Positions 36,217 to 46,609 of a DNA stretch of 64,000 nt are shown here, piece after piece. Position numbers and translations under genes: made by a program. The notes under the pieces were generated by a model that was not told the origin of the DNA, did no database searches, and saw only the letters and a list, made by a program, of their open reading frames with translations. Where the stretch lies: the NCBI GenBank assembly GCA_964019335.1, contig OZ025667.1, positions 620,001 through 684,000 on the forward strand, written 5' to 3'. Within the stretch, counting starts at the first letter, position 1; each line of letters opens with the position of its first letter. This DNA is from Diplonema japonicum. Lineage: Eukaryota > Protista > Euglenozoa: Diplonemea.

Positions 36217-37092
36217 AACAACGTACACGGTAACCAAATAACTTTTTTCCGCCGTCGCCTTAAACCTCCAACTTTTTTTCCACCGTCCACGGTAACCTAC
36301 AACTTTTTTTCCACTTTTTACTGTAACCACCAACAATTTCCCTTATGCAACCACTAACTTTTTTTCCACCGTCCACGGTAACCTCCCATTTTTTATGCCT
36401 CATTGGGGTTTGGTACGAAATGTAGCGAGGGGGGCAAAACATGAAAGAAAAGGAAAAGAGACCTTTTAAGAGAAACAGGTGACTACCCTGAAGGCTGGGA
36501 CTACAACCGGGACAGCACTTCGAGGAGTGATTGTGGCTGTGGCGCAGCGGTTGAGTAATAAAGGTTTTTACAAGTTGCTGCATTATTTTCCCCTTCTCTC
36601 TCACTTCGCTTCCTCTTTGCTAGCCTGCCTATCTGTGACTTCGTGACAACAGGGGCATATCCTTCACAGGCAGGGGGGCGAGGGGTGGAGAAGTACATCA
36701 GACGCCAGATACCTCGGCTTTGGCTTTAAATCGTCTTTGGAAATTGCCCTTGCCAACTTCCAGGAGAAATTCTTGGTGTCTTTTTTCGAGCCCTGGTTGT
36801 GCCTACACGTTTTTCCCAAGTGCACACACACCTCCACCGTGGACGTTGGAAAAAAAGTTGTGGGTTTCCGTGAACGGTGGAAAAAAAGTTCTTACTTACA
36901 TGGTTTAGTGGAAATAAAAATAGGTTACCGCGGAGAGTAGAAAATTTTTTACAAAAAACCATTTGAGTGGAAAAAAAGTTGTAGGTTACCGTGGAGAGTG
37001 GAAAAAAAGTTGTGGGTTACCGTAAACAGTGGTGGAAATTCTGCTTACAGACTTGAGTGGGAAAAAGTTATTTGGTTACCGTTTACGTTGTT
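36217..37092. mobile_element. Foldback/MITE-like non-autonomous DNA element
   Basis: Near-perfect terminal inverted repeats of about 33 bp (AACAACGTAmACGGTAACCAAATAACTTTTT...) plus mirrored subterminal repeats (GGAAAAAAAGTTGTRGGTTACCGT); no transposase ORF. Confidence 0.75.
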
Positions 37093-37186
37093 CTTCTCTT
37101 TTTTTTTTTTTTTTTTTCCCGCGTATCTTGAAACCTGTTCTCGCGGGTCATGTTTTATCACTGCCATGTTGCACCCCCCTGCCCCG

Positions 37187-37224
<38 letters not shown>

Positions 37225-38601
37225 TTTCTCCCTCTTGACCGATGTTGCCCCCCCCCCCCCCCCCTCTCCTTTTTTCTTTGGCAACAGAGATTTCTGCTGG
37301 TTCTTGTAATTAGTCTTCGTGATGCTTCATTTCCTTAACTCAGTTTTTTGTTTTTTTTTATATATATACTTCACAATAGCTAATAGTGTATAAATACCCA
37401 ACATAGAAAAAAGTACCTCCCCCTATTATACACTGTTGTTATTGGGGGGGGGGGACTTTTTTCAGAAAAAAAGAAAAAGCAACAACTCAGATACCAAGTG
37501 GAAAAAAAAGAAGAAGAAAAAAAAAGTCAAATCGGAATGGGGGGGGGGGGGTGGAAATAGTAAAAAAAAATTAGAAAAAGAAAAGAAAAAAGAAAGAGGG
37601 CGAAGCGGGAGACGAATACAAGGAGGTGAGGCAAAGAGGGTTTTACAAACCCTCCTGAGACTCCTTTCTCTTTTTTATTTTCCCTTGATTTCCAAATAAA
37701 AAAAAGGGGGGGAAGCTTAAACGATGTGGCTGATAAAAAGCAGCCTTTATTTGTAACTTGTCTTTTTTTTTTTTTTTTTTTGAAAAATCCAAAAGACCGC
37801 CAAAGAGGCCCTTTGCAAGGTGTCCCCTTATATATTATATACACCCAAGCTGCAATGGTGGCGGGGACTAATGGTGGCAGATATTTCGAATGGCGGGTAC
37901 TAAAATTAGGGCAGATTTTTACTGTTTCTTTACGTGGTGGAAGGCGGGCATCAAAGGTGAATTGAAATACGGTTTTTTTTCTTTTTTTTTTTTTTTTTTT
38001 TTTTTTTTTCTGTTAGATCCGAAAGAAATGACTCCCCCCTTTTTTTAGTCACTATTTAAAACCCTCTCGGCATACAGTTAGTGACAAAAAAATTGACGAA
38101 CCAACAGACTTTTTTCTTCTTTCCCCTCCCCCCTTATTTTTCAAGGCGACCCGCAGACCAGAGATCGGCAGCGATCCCTGCCGAGCCCACACACGGGGGG
38201 ACAAGTCAAGGTGATTCCCTTCAGGCATGGTGAACGCAAACATTTTTTTTTTTTTTTTCAAAGAAAAAAAAGAAGAAAAAACTGCGTACCTTTAAGAACT
38301 GTCACAGTCTCCCACCCACCCCACACACACCTCGCCCCCCCCCCCCCCCCTTCTTCCTCGCTTGCTCGGTTTTCAATCACTTTTTTTTTTTGCATATTGA
38401 GCTTTTTTTTTTTACCCCCCTCTTCCCTTCTTCACACGTTCTATATGACCTTCGTCCCCCCCTCCCCCCTCCCTTTATTTTACCCCCCCCCCCTTTTTTG
38501 ATATAAAGGCTGTCGGCAAATTAGCCCCGAGTCAAGAAAAAATAGCTATCAAAAAAAAAAAAAAAAAAGGTAGGAAGGAAAAAAGAAAAAGAAAAAAGAA
38601 A

Positions 38602-39248
38602 ATGCCGTATACACCCGACTGCACGCCCCTGGCAGGGTTTTTTGGTATGATGGGCGCCACTATGGCGTTGGGGATGGCCAACTTGGGTGCGGCTTACGGC
38701 ACTGTGAAGTCTGGGGTGGCGGTCGCGCATCTGGGGATGGTGCATAAGGTAAGGATTTCTTTTTTTTTTTTTTTTCTTTTTTTGTTTCCCCCTTCTCCAT
38801 GTAATGAAACACTTACTAACAGAATCGTTCCATGAGAGGTATGGTCCCAGTAGTAATGGCGGGTATTCTGGGTATCTACGGCCTTATCATTGCCGTTATC
38901 ATCAGCAACAACGTGAAAAATGACGCGGCGTACTCCCTTGGTGCGGGGATGATCCACTTGGGTGCAGGTATTGCGGGTGGGTTCGCCAGTCTTGCTGCGG
39001 GCTACGCCATCGGAATTGTGGGTGAGGCCTGCGCTACATCGTATCAGAGAACTGAGGTGTGGAATGAAAGAGAGAGAAAAAAAAGGGGGGGGAAAAAAAC
39101 TAAACAGAGCATTTTCGTTGCCATGATTCTGATGCTCATTTTCGCAGAGGCGCTTGGTCTTTACGGGCTCATCATCGCCCTTCTCATGAACGGGAAGGCC
39201 ACCGGGCTTGCAGGCGACGCATGCAGCGTAGATATCTGGACTTGGTGA
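38602..39248 (+). CDS. V-ATPase 16-kDa proteolipid subunit c, 3 exons
   Basis: Exons 38602-38748, 38823-39056, 39108-39248. [18 protein letters not shown] and [11 protein letters not shown] with the conserved Glu. Confidence 0.93.
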
Positions 39249-39265
39249 ACTATCTAGTTGAGTTT

Positions 39266-39314
<49 letters not shown>

Positions 39315-39904
39315 CCTTTCAAATCCGAGTGCGGAGGAGTTCTCCTTTATTTTTTTGATTTTTTTTTCCGATTCCCAATTGATTTTCTTTTTTTCTTCTG
39401 ATTCGCTCTTCGACCTTTTTTTATTTTTTTTATGTGTTTTTTTTTTAACCCCGCCCAGTGAAGAAAAAAAAAAAAGAGAGAAAAAAAAAAGAAAGGTAAG
39501 ATACTCCCGTTGTACAGCATGCGCCCCCACGAAACAAACGCTTCTGGGGGGGGGGGGGGGGGGGATAGGAAGGGGATGGTGAGAAGCGAGAAAAGGGGGT
39601 TTGTTTTTCCCCCTTTCCCTCTTTCTTCCTCTGCATGGTAACCAACCCGCTGTTCAGTTCTATTTTTTGACCCCCCCCTCCTTTGTTTTCTGTGTCTCTT
39701 GTTTTAAAGCATTCTTTCCACCCCGCATTTTTTTTTCTTCCCTCCAACCCCTTCATATTAGTGTATGTTCATTTTTTTTTTTTTTTTTTTTTCCTTCCCT
39801 TTTTGGAATTTCTTTCCTTTTTTTTCCCCCCCTCATTGACGTCCATCTTTCTTTTCATCTCTTAAGAAAGAACGGGGGGAGGAAACGAGGGGAGGGGAAG
39901 AAAA

Positions 39905-41266
39905 ATGAACATTTATAACTTAGAAGAAGTTAAAGAGCTGTATGCTCAGGAACAGTGCATCATGGGCCTGCTGAAGAAAAGCACGGAAGAGAAGGACTCA
40001 ATGCAGGACCAAATCAACATTGCCCTTCAGAAGTCTAGGAGCCTTATTGAAAAAGCTGAGGACGGTGTATTAGAGGCGATCAAGAAAGACCAGAAACAAT
40101 ATTGGCCAGAGTGGTTAGAGATGCCGAACCCTGACTTGTGCCACCCGACGCCTCCTGAGGACATTATCGCTGGGCTAAGAGGGCTTAAAAGTCAGCTTGA
40201 AATCATTGACAGGGAAATGCATGCTGTGTGGCCTGCATCGTTCACTGCTTTGCTTACGTCGACAATCCAAAAGGCAAATGACATCGAAGGTTCGCTTCCG
40301 CCCATCGACGTTATTCCTAACCCAAACGCAGGTGTTGCACTTCTCCCTCAGCAGGTTCTTGTCCGCCTCGAGCATCTCGCAACGCTTGGCAGCAAGCTTG
40401 ACATCTCAACCACACAAGAAACCATCGTTTCCATCCGTGCTCAGCTTGCAGACCTCTGCACTGCAGAGACCCATCAAATGGACGCGAAAACCGCAAGCAG
40501 TATCGGTCTTACAAAGATTAAACTCCAAACAAAACTCATCGAATGTGTTAAAAGTATAGTCCGCAGTATCGAAGAGGCGCAAGAGGAGGCTGCTTCCCTC
40601 CCTGACCTTGTTGAGGCCAAGAACCTCGCCCTCCAGCAATCTGCGGCTCTGAAAGAACCCAGGTGGAGATTGAACTTGCAGTGCATCCAAGCACTTCGTA
40701 ATGTGAAAACAGCTTTAGACGCAATCAACAAAGCTGACAAGGAAGCCACCATGGAACACCAAGCCAATATGGCACGTTCGAAGGCGAAAATGAAACAGTG
40801 TGAGAACAGGCAGCACGAGGTGTGGAAGCAAATAAATGCGCTACATGAAGAGCTTGGTGCACTGACCCTCGAGCGGTCTGGGGAGGTGCAGTTCCAGATC
40901 GAAGCGCAGGAAAAGGAATTCAAAAGGAAAGAAGAGTACAAGTGGGGACAGCACGTCGCAGGCGAGCACATGAGGATGCTCGAAGAAAACCAAAGGTACT
41001 GCGAAGGTGCCATCAAGGCTCTGGAGGCAACTGAAGACCTCATCACACAAGGCTCTGACATCACCAGCCAGTTCCAGACGGCCACAATGCACGATTTGAG
41101 CTCCCACTCTATGTCTCTTCTTGCAGAGGAAGAATCCGAGCTTGCCACTCTCCAGCACTGGACTACCGAACACCGCCACTTTGTTAAAGACATGATGCAC
41201 AAAGCTCACCAAGCTGGTACCCCCCTCTCTCCGCGGTGGGCTCAGCCCCCTGCAGATCATCTCTAA
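39905..41266 (+). CDS. Paraflagellar rod (PFR) domain protein, divergent
   Basis: ENRQHEVWKQINALHEELGALTLERSGEVQFQIEAQEKEFKRKEEY...HMRMLE aligns by eye with PFR1/2 (from memory: RQDEAWRRIQELER...ERFEEVKRRIEENDREEKRKVEY...HKKLLE). Confidence 0.7.
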   Translation: MNIYNLEEVKELYAQEQCIMGLLKKSTEEKDSMQDQINIALQKSRSLIEKAEDGVLEAIKKDQKQYWPEWLEMPNPDLCHPTPPEDIIAGLRGLKSQLEIIDREMHAVWPASFTALLTSTIQKANDIEGSLPPIDVIPNPNAGVALLPQQVLVRLEHLATLGSKLDISTTQETIVSIRAQLADLCTAETHQMDAKTASSIGLTKIKLQTKLIECVKSIVRSIEEAQEEAASLPDLVEAKNLALQQSAALKEPRWRLNLQCIQALRNVKTALDAINKADKEATMEHQANMARSKAKMKQCENRQHEVWKQINALHEELGALTLERSGEVQFQIEAQEKEFKRKEEYKWGQHVAGEHMRMLEENQRYCEGAIKALEATEDLITQGSDITSQFQTATMHDLSSHSMSLLAEEESELATLQHWTTEHRHFVKDMMHKAHQAGTPLSPRWAQPPADHL

Positions 41267-41437
41267 GCAGCACTGGCTTTTCTCTCTTTTTTTTTCTGTT
41301 GTATTTGTCGTAAGATGTATTTCCTTTCCTCTCTTTATTTCTCGACTTGTTTTTGTATTTCTTTTATTCCTGTATTTTTGATCCGCTGCCTGCACTATGA
41401 AAGCACTACCAGACAAAGCATTATCATATTTCATAAA

Positions 41438-42316
41438 ATGAAGAAGGCCGCGACATCTACTGTGATGAGGACCGGGCGCCGCACGTACGCGACGGGGAAG
41501 GACATCAAGCACGGGATCGAGGCTCGCCAGGCGATGCTGGACGGTGTGGAGAAGCTGACGAGGGCTGTGGTGACGACGCTGGGGCCGAAGGGGAGGAACG
41601 TGATCATCCAGCAGCCGTACGGGGCGCCGAAGATCACGAAGGACGGTGTGACGGTGGCGAAGGCGATCGAGTTCTCTGACGCGTTCGAGAACCTCGGGGC
41701 GCAGCTGGTGCGTCAGGTGGCGAACACGACGAACGACATGGCTGGGGACGGGACGACCACCAGCACGCTGCTCTCGTGCGCTGTGTTCAAGGAAGGGTTC
41801 AAGGCGGTGGCGACAGGGTCGAACCCGATGGACCTGAAGAGGGGGATGGACGCGGCCGTGAAGGTGGTGCTGGGCTCCCTCACGGAGCAGACGAAGCACA
41901 TCACGACGAAGGAGGAGATCGCACAGGTTGCGACCATCTCCGCGAACGGCGACCACGAGATCGGACAGCTCATCTCGAACGCGATGGAGAAGGTCGGGAA
42001 GGAGGGAGTCATCACGGTGGCGGACGGGAAGACCCTCGACACGGAGCTCGAGGTGGTGGAGGGGATGTCCTTCGAGAGGGGTTTCATCTCCCCCTTCTTC
42101 GTCTCCAACACGAAGACCCAGAAGGTTGAGTTCGACGAGGCCTACGTCCTCGTCTCCCAGCAGAAGATCTCTTCCATCAACTCGATCCTCCCTGCTTTGA
42201 ACTTCATTGCCCAGGCGAACAAGCCCCTTGTCATTGTTGCTGATGACATTGAGGGTGAGGCTCTTACCACTCTGATCTACAACAAGGTTTGAAAAGAAAA
42301 GAAAGAAGAAGAAAAA

Positions 42317-42347
<31 letters not shown>

Positions 42348-43894
42348 CAAAAAAATGAAGAAAAAAAACAAAATAAAATAAATAAAACAGATCAACGGCA
42401 AGATCAAAGTGGCCGCCGTGAAGGCCCCCGGGTTCGGAGACAACAAGACCAACACCCTGCAGGACATCGCGATCTTCACCGGGGCGACCATGCTGAGCGA
42501 GGATGCCGGGACCTCCATCACGGACCCCAGCGACTTCAGCGAGACCATGCTCGGGCAGACGAAGAAGGTGACGATCTCGAAGGACAGCACGATCATGCTC
42601 TCCGGGGCCGGGAGCGTGGAGGGGATCCAGGAGAGGTGCGACCTTCTGAAGGAGCTGATCGACAACGAGACCAGCGACTACTCCAGGGAGAAGCTTCAGG
42701 AGCGTCTCGCGAAGCTCGGCGGCGGTGTCGCCGTGATCAGGGCCGGTGGTGCCTCCGAGGTCGAGGTCTCGGAGAAGAAGGACAGGATCACCGACGCCTT
42801 GAACGCGACCCGCGCCGCCGTCGCCGAGGGGATCGTGGCTGGTGGTGGTACCGCCCTCCTCTACGCCTCCACCCGCCTCCAGACCCTCATGGACGAGCCC
42901 ACCCTCATCCCTGACCAGAAGGTTGGTGTCAGGCTCATGATGAACGCCCTCAAGGTTTGTTTTCTTTTTCTTGGTTGTTTGATCTTTTTTTTTCCCCCCC
43001 TCCGAATTTTCATGATGCACACCTATACTGACAATGTTTGATCCAACACTTAGGGAGTGGGGGGATGAGCCCCTCCCGCAAAAAATAACAATACTCAATT
43101 GATACTCCTGAGATGCAAAATATACCAAGGAAACGACTTTCTTTTTTTCATTTTCTTTTCATGATGCACACCTATACTGACAATGTTTGATCCAACACCT
43201 AAAGGGAGTGGGGGGATGAGCCCCTCCCGCAAAAAACAACAACTCAATTGATACTCCTGAGACAAAAGGCCTACTTTTTTTCATTCCCATGATGCACACC
43301 TAACTGACAATGTTTGATCCAACACTTAGGGAGTGGGGGGATGAGCCCTTCCCGCAAAAAATAACAACTCAATTGATACTCCTGAGATTTAAAATGCAAC
43401 AAGGACCCAACCCATAGCTTTCCCCCCTTTCTTTTCATGATGCACACCTATACTGACAATGTTTGATCCAACACTCAGGGAGTGGGGGGATGAGCCCCTC
43501 CCGCAAAAAACAACAACTCAATTGATACTCCTGAAACAGAAGTTGTTTTAACACACAACACAAACACACAACACCACTACAGCTGCCTGTTCGCACGATC
43601 TCTGAGAACGCTGGTATGGAGGGAGCTGTTGTTGTGGAGAAGGTGCTGGAGCAGGGTGAGGAGGGGTTCGGCTACGACGCGCAGAACGACAAGTACGGTG
43701 ACATGTTCAAGGCGGGCATCATCGACCCCACCAAGGTGGTGAGGTGCTGCATTGTTGACGCTGCCTCCGTTGCCTCCCTCCTCACCACCACAGAGGCGGC
43801 CATCTGCGACCTCCCCGCCAAGGAGGGAGGTGCTGCCCCTATGGGTGGTATGGGCGGCATGGGTGGCATGGGCGGTATGGGTGGCATGATGTGA
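41438..43894 (+). CDS. HSP60: Mitochondrial chaperonin Hsp60, copy 2, 3 exons
   Basis: Exons 41438-42286, 42391-42954, 43583-43894; almost identical to copy 1. Confidence 0.97.
43012..43534 (+). ncRNA. Four tandem intronic box C/D snoRNAs (Hsp60-2 intron 2)
   Basis: Units at 43012-43111, 43161-43260, 43289-43385 and 43437-43534, each ATGATG...CTGA...CAATTGATACTC-CTGA, with diverged spacers. Confidence 0.8.
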
Positions 43895-44488
43895 GCCCGG
43901 TAACTCAGATTGAGAAGGAAAAGAAGAAGAAAAAAAAGGAATGAGAGAAGATCATCGTTTGGTTTTTATTTTTCACTGGCTTCAGGGGGAGGGGAAAAAG
44001 AAGGGGGGGGAAATAATATCCCCATCCATGCATCTCCGCACTGAAAAGGAATATGATTGATGTGATTTCCTGCGGCTTTTTTTTTCCTTTTTTTTTTTTT
44101 TTTCCCTGTGCTGTCTTGCCTAAGTGTCTGAAGACGCACTGCAAATTTAGTTTTTTATTGCTTTTCTCCCCCTCCCACACCCTCGATTCCTTTTTTTTTT
44201 TTTTTTGCATTTCCTTCGCTTGGGTAATGGTTTAATCATTTTTTTTTCTTGGCTTTTTATTTATCCCCCCTCCCCCATTCAACCCTCGTTTATTTTTACT
44301 TTTTTTTACTCCTCCTGTTTTCTTCTTTCTCTCTCTTTAAGTATTGGGACCCCCGGTTCCAATGTACCCCACACTTGTTCTTTTTTTTTTTCTTTTTTTT
44401 TCTTTTTTTCCCTTTTTGTTTTTCCCCATTCGTTTCATTCACGAGTACTAAACTCATTTAGTTTTCCAGGTTCAAAAAAAAAGAACAA

Positions 44489-45259
44489 ATGTACAGGTTG
44501 GTTTCGAAAAGGTGGTGCCACGTGTTTGATGGGTTTAACGCAATGAACGCAGCAGATGTGGGTAAGCAAATGCTGGCGATGAAACGAAAACGGGAACAAA
44601 CCCGCGCAAAAATAGTAAAATCGGTTGATCTTGAACCGAAAATGCTGCCGGAGGAGGAGTCAGTGAACTGGGGTCGTAACCGACCGGACCAAATCGAGGA
44701 AATGGCCAAGCACGTAAGAGTGATAAACGAATTCATCACAAAAGAACAAGAACAGGAAATCGATCTCATCATCACCTCCAGTCTCTCAGACCAACCATGG
44801 GAGAGCGCCCACTCTGACCAACTCATCAGAGCCTACCGAGAAATATATGTCCCCAAAGATGGGATTGAACCGCTAGCTTGTTTAAACACCCTTTACACAG
44901 ACCATCCCCTCACGGACTACTACCACTTCTTAGAATACAAACCCGAAGGGTATGTCAAGCCTCACCTTGACAACCGATCGGAGTCGAACCATGTTGTCAT
45001 AGGGTTGTCTTTGCTGGACACAAGGATTATGACTTTGGAGCCCCCTGCAAGGTCAGAGTTCTCACCGGTTGAGATTGTTCTAAGACCAAGGTCGGTGTAT
45101 ATCCTCACGGGGCCTGCAAGGCACACATGGTTGCATGGAATCGACTACAAAGAAGGAACAGAGGCTTATCTTGACAGCAAACTGTGGTACAACGGAGGTG
45201 TGGTGGTGGGGTCAGAAAGAAAGGTGAGAAAATGCGTCGTGGTTCGGGCGGCTCCGTAG
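44489..45259 (+). CDS. AlkB-family 2OG-Fe(II) dioxygenase (ALKBH7-like, probably mitochondrial)
   Basis: VKPHLD, GLSLL, LRPRSVYILTGPARHTWLHGI and a terminal Arg motif; presequence-like N-terminus. Confidence 0.8.
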   Translation: MYRLVSKRWCHVFDGFNAMNAADVGKQMLAMKRKREQTRAKIVKSVDLEPKMLPEEESVNWGRNRPDQIEEMAKHVRVINEFITKEQEQEIDLIITSSLSDQPWESAHSDQLIRAYREIYVPKDGIEPLACLNTLYTDHPLTDYYHFLEYKPEGYVKPHLDNRSESNHVVIGLSLLDTRIMTLEPPARSEFSPVEIVLRPRSVYILTGPARHTWLHGIDYKEGTEAYLDSKLWYNGGVVVGSERKVRKCVVVRAAP

Positions 45260-45321
45260 ATTTTTTTTTTTTTTCTTTTGTTTTTCCCGTTTCCAAAAAA
45301 AAAAAAAAGAAGGAGAGAGAG

Positions 45322-45353
<32 letters not shown>

Positions 45354-45363
45354 AATAAAGAAA

Positions 45364-46053
45364 ATGACGTACGTACCAGCGTACTGTTCGACGTTCTACG
45401 CTGTGGCTGTGACAGGGTACGGAAGCTCCTATGCATTGGGGGTTGGTTACGAAAGGAGCCCGAACTCTTTGAAGTATCAAAAGCCTGTTTTTTTTTCCGA
45501 TAACGCGTTCGCGAGGTGGAACGACAACTACGTGCCTGTGCTGCTGGTCGGTTCCTTTGTGACTAGCAACACGACAGACTTCGTGAGAAGCGTTGCAGAG
45601 CTGTCGTTGTTGCTGTTCCCTGCAGCGAGGGAGCTGGGCACGCTCTTCTCAGTGACAGCGTACATGGCGTGCGGGATTGCAGCGACGTTGAGCTGGCGGT
45701 TGCAAAGCAACATCAACCTTGAAAAAAACCAGACAATTTACGACAGAAACATAGGGACAGGCGGCGCAATCTGCGGCCTCGCAGGCGCCCTTCTCCTTCG
45801 ACCGAACGCCTCACTCTTGAAAAACACAAAAATTCCCGCCCTCCCCTTCGCCCTAGCTGTCATTGGTGAACGAGCCTACAGCGAATATGCCCCCAAGCAC
45901 GAAGCTGACAATGACGCCACTCCCGTCATCAGACAATGGGGCGGGTTAGGTGGTGCGATTTTTGGCGGTATTCTGGCGTTCACCACCCTTCGCCGCCGCT
46001 CCGGCGCGGCCATGAAACAAACCTTCCAGAAAAATTTTAAAATGAAGCCTTGA
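45364..46053 (+). CDS. Membrane protein, rhomboid-like (probably inactive)
   Basis: ATG at 45364. GTGGAICGL and RQWGGLGGAIFG occupy the positions of GxSG and HxxG but lack the Ser and His. Confidence 0.55.
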   Translation: MTYVPAYCSTFYAVAVTGYGSSYALGVGYERSPNSLKYQKPVFFSDNAFARWNDNYVPVLLVGSFVTSNTTDFVRSVAELSLLLFPAARELGTLFSVTAYMACGIAATLSWRLQSNINLEKNQTIYDRNIGTGGAICGLAGALLLRPNASLLKNTKIPALPFALAVIGERAYSEYAPKHEADNDATPVIRQWGGLGGAIFGGILAFTTLRRRSGAAMKQTFQKNFKMKP

Positions 46054-46156
46054 AAAGATCATTCGATTTGCTTTTTTATTTTCCCCTTTTCCATTTTTTT
46101 ATTTTTATTTATATTATTATTGCTCTCCAGATCACCTTTCACAAGGGGGCAGGTTC

Positions 46157-46483
46157 ATGGAATTTTCTGACCTGTCTGACCTCACTTGCCGAGTCTTCAC
46201 ACAACTCATAAATGAGTTGAAGGCCGCCTCTCCCTCCCTTGCCGCTTCTGTGAAGTTGGCCCCTTCCAGAACATATGACGTGCTGCTCTTGTCCGAAGAC
46301 GATGCTCGAAAAAGACTAAAGTTCACCGAACTTGTATGGAAAGGTATAAAGGAACTGCACGCCACCGAGGGTGACATTGGCGAAGTTCTTGCCTGGCTCG
46401 CGCCCCTCAGAGCGAGGTTTTCCCATTCTGTTCCCAACCCTGCCCTTCCGGCACCTTCAGTTCCGCTGTGGCGGGGAAATTAG
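46157..46483 (+). CDS. Small hypothetical protein
   Basis: 108-aa ATG ORF after a pyrimidine tract and AG at about 46130. Confidence 0.4.
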   Translation: MEFSDLSDLTCRVFTQLINELKAASPSLAASVKLAPSRTYDVLLLSEDDARKRLKFTELVWKGIKELHATEGDIGEVLAWLAPLRARFSHSVPNPALPAPSVPLWRGN

Positions 46484-46609
46484 AGTCACAAAGGGCTTTT
46501 GTATTTGTATTTTTGAGTTGATATTGCCAGGGCACTGAAACCACCACAAAGAAAGGAGGGGCACAATACACTGGCATAACTTCGTTTCTTTGCACGGAGG
46601 GAATTGAAA

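Noticed and set aside
43012-43534. CRISPR-like repeat-spacer array
   Set aside because: Repeats are about 100 nt with C/D boxes, lie in a eukaryotic intron, spacers are low-complexity and no cas genes are present.
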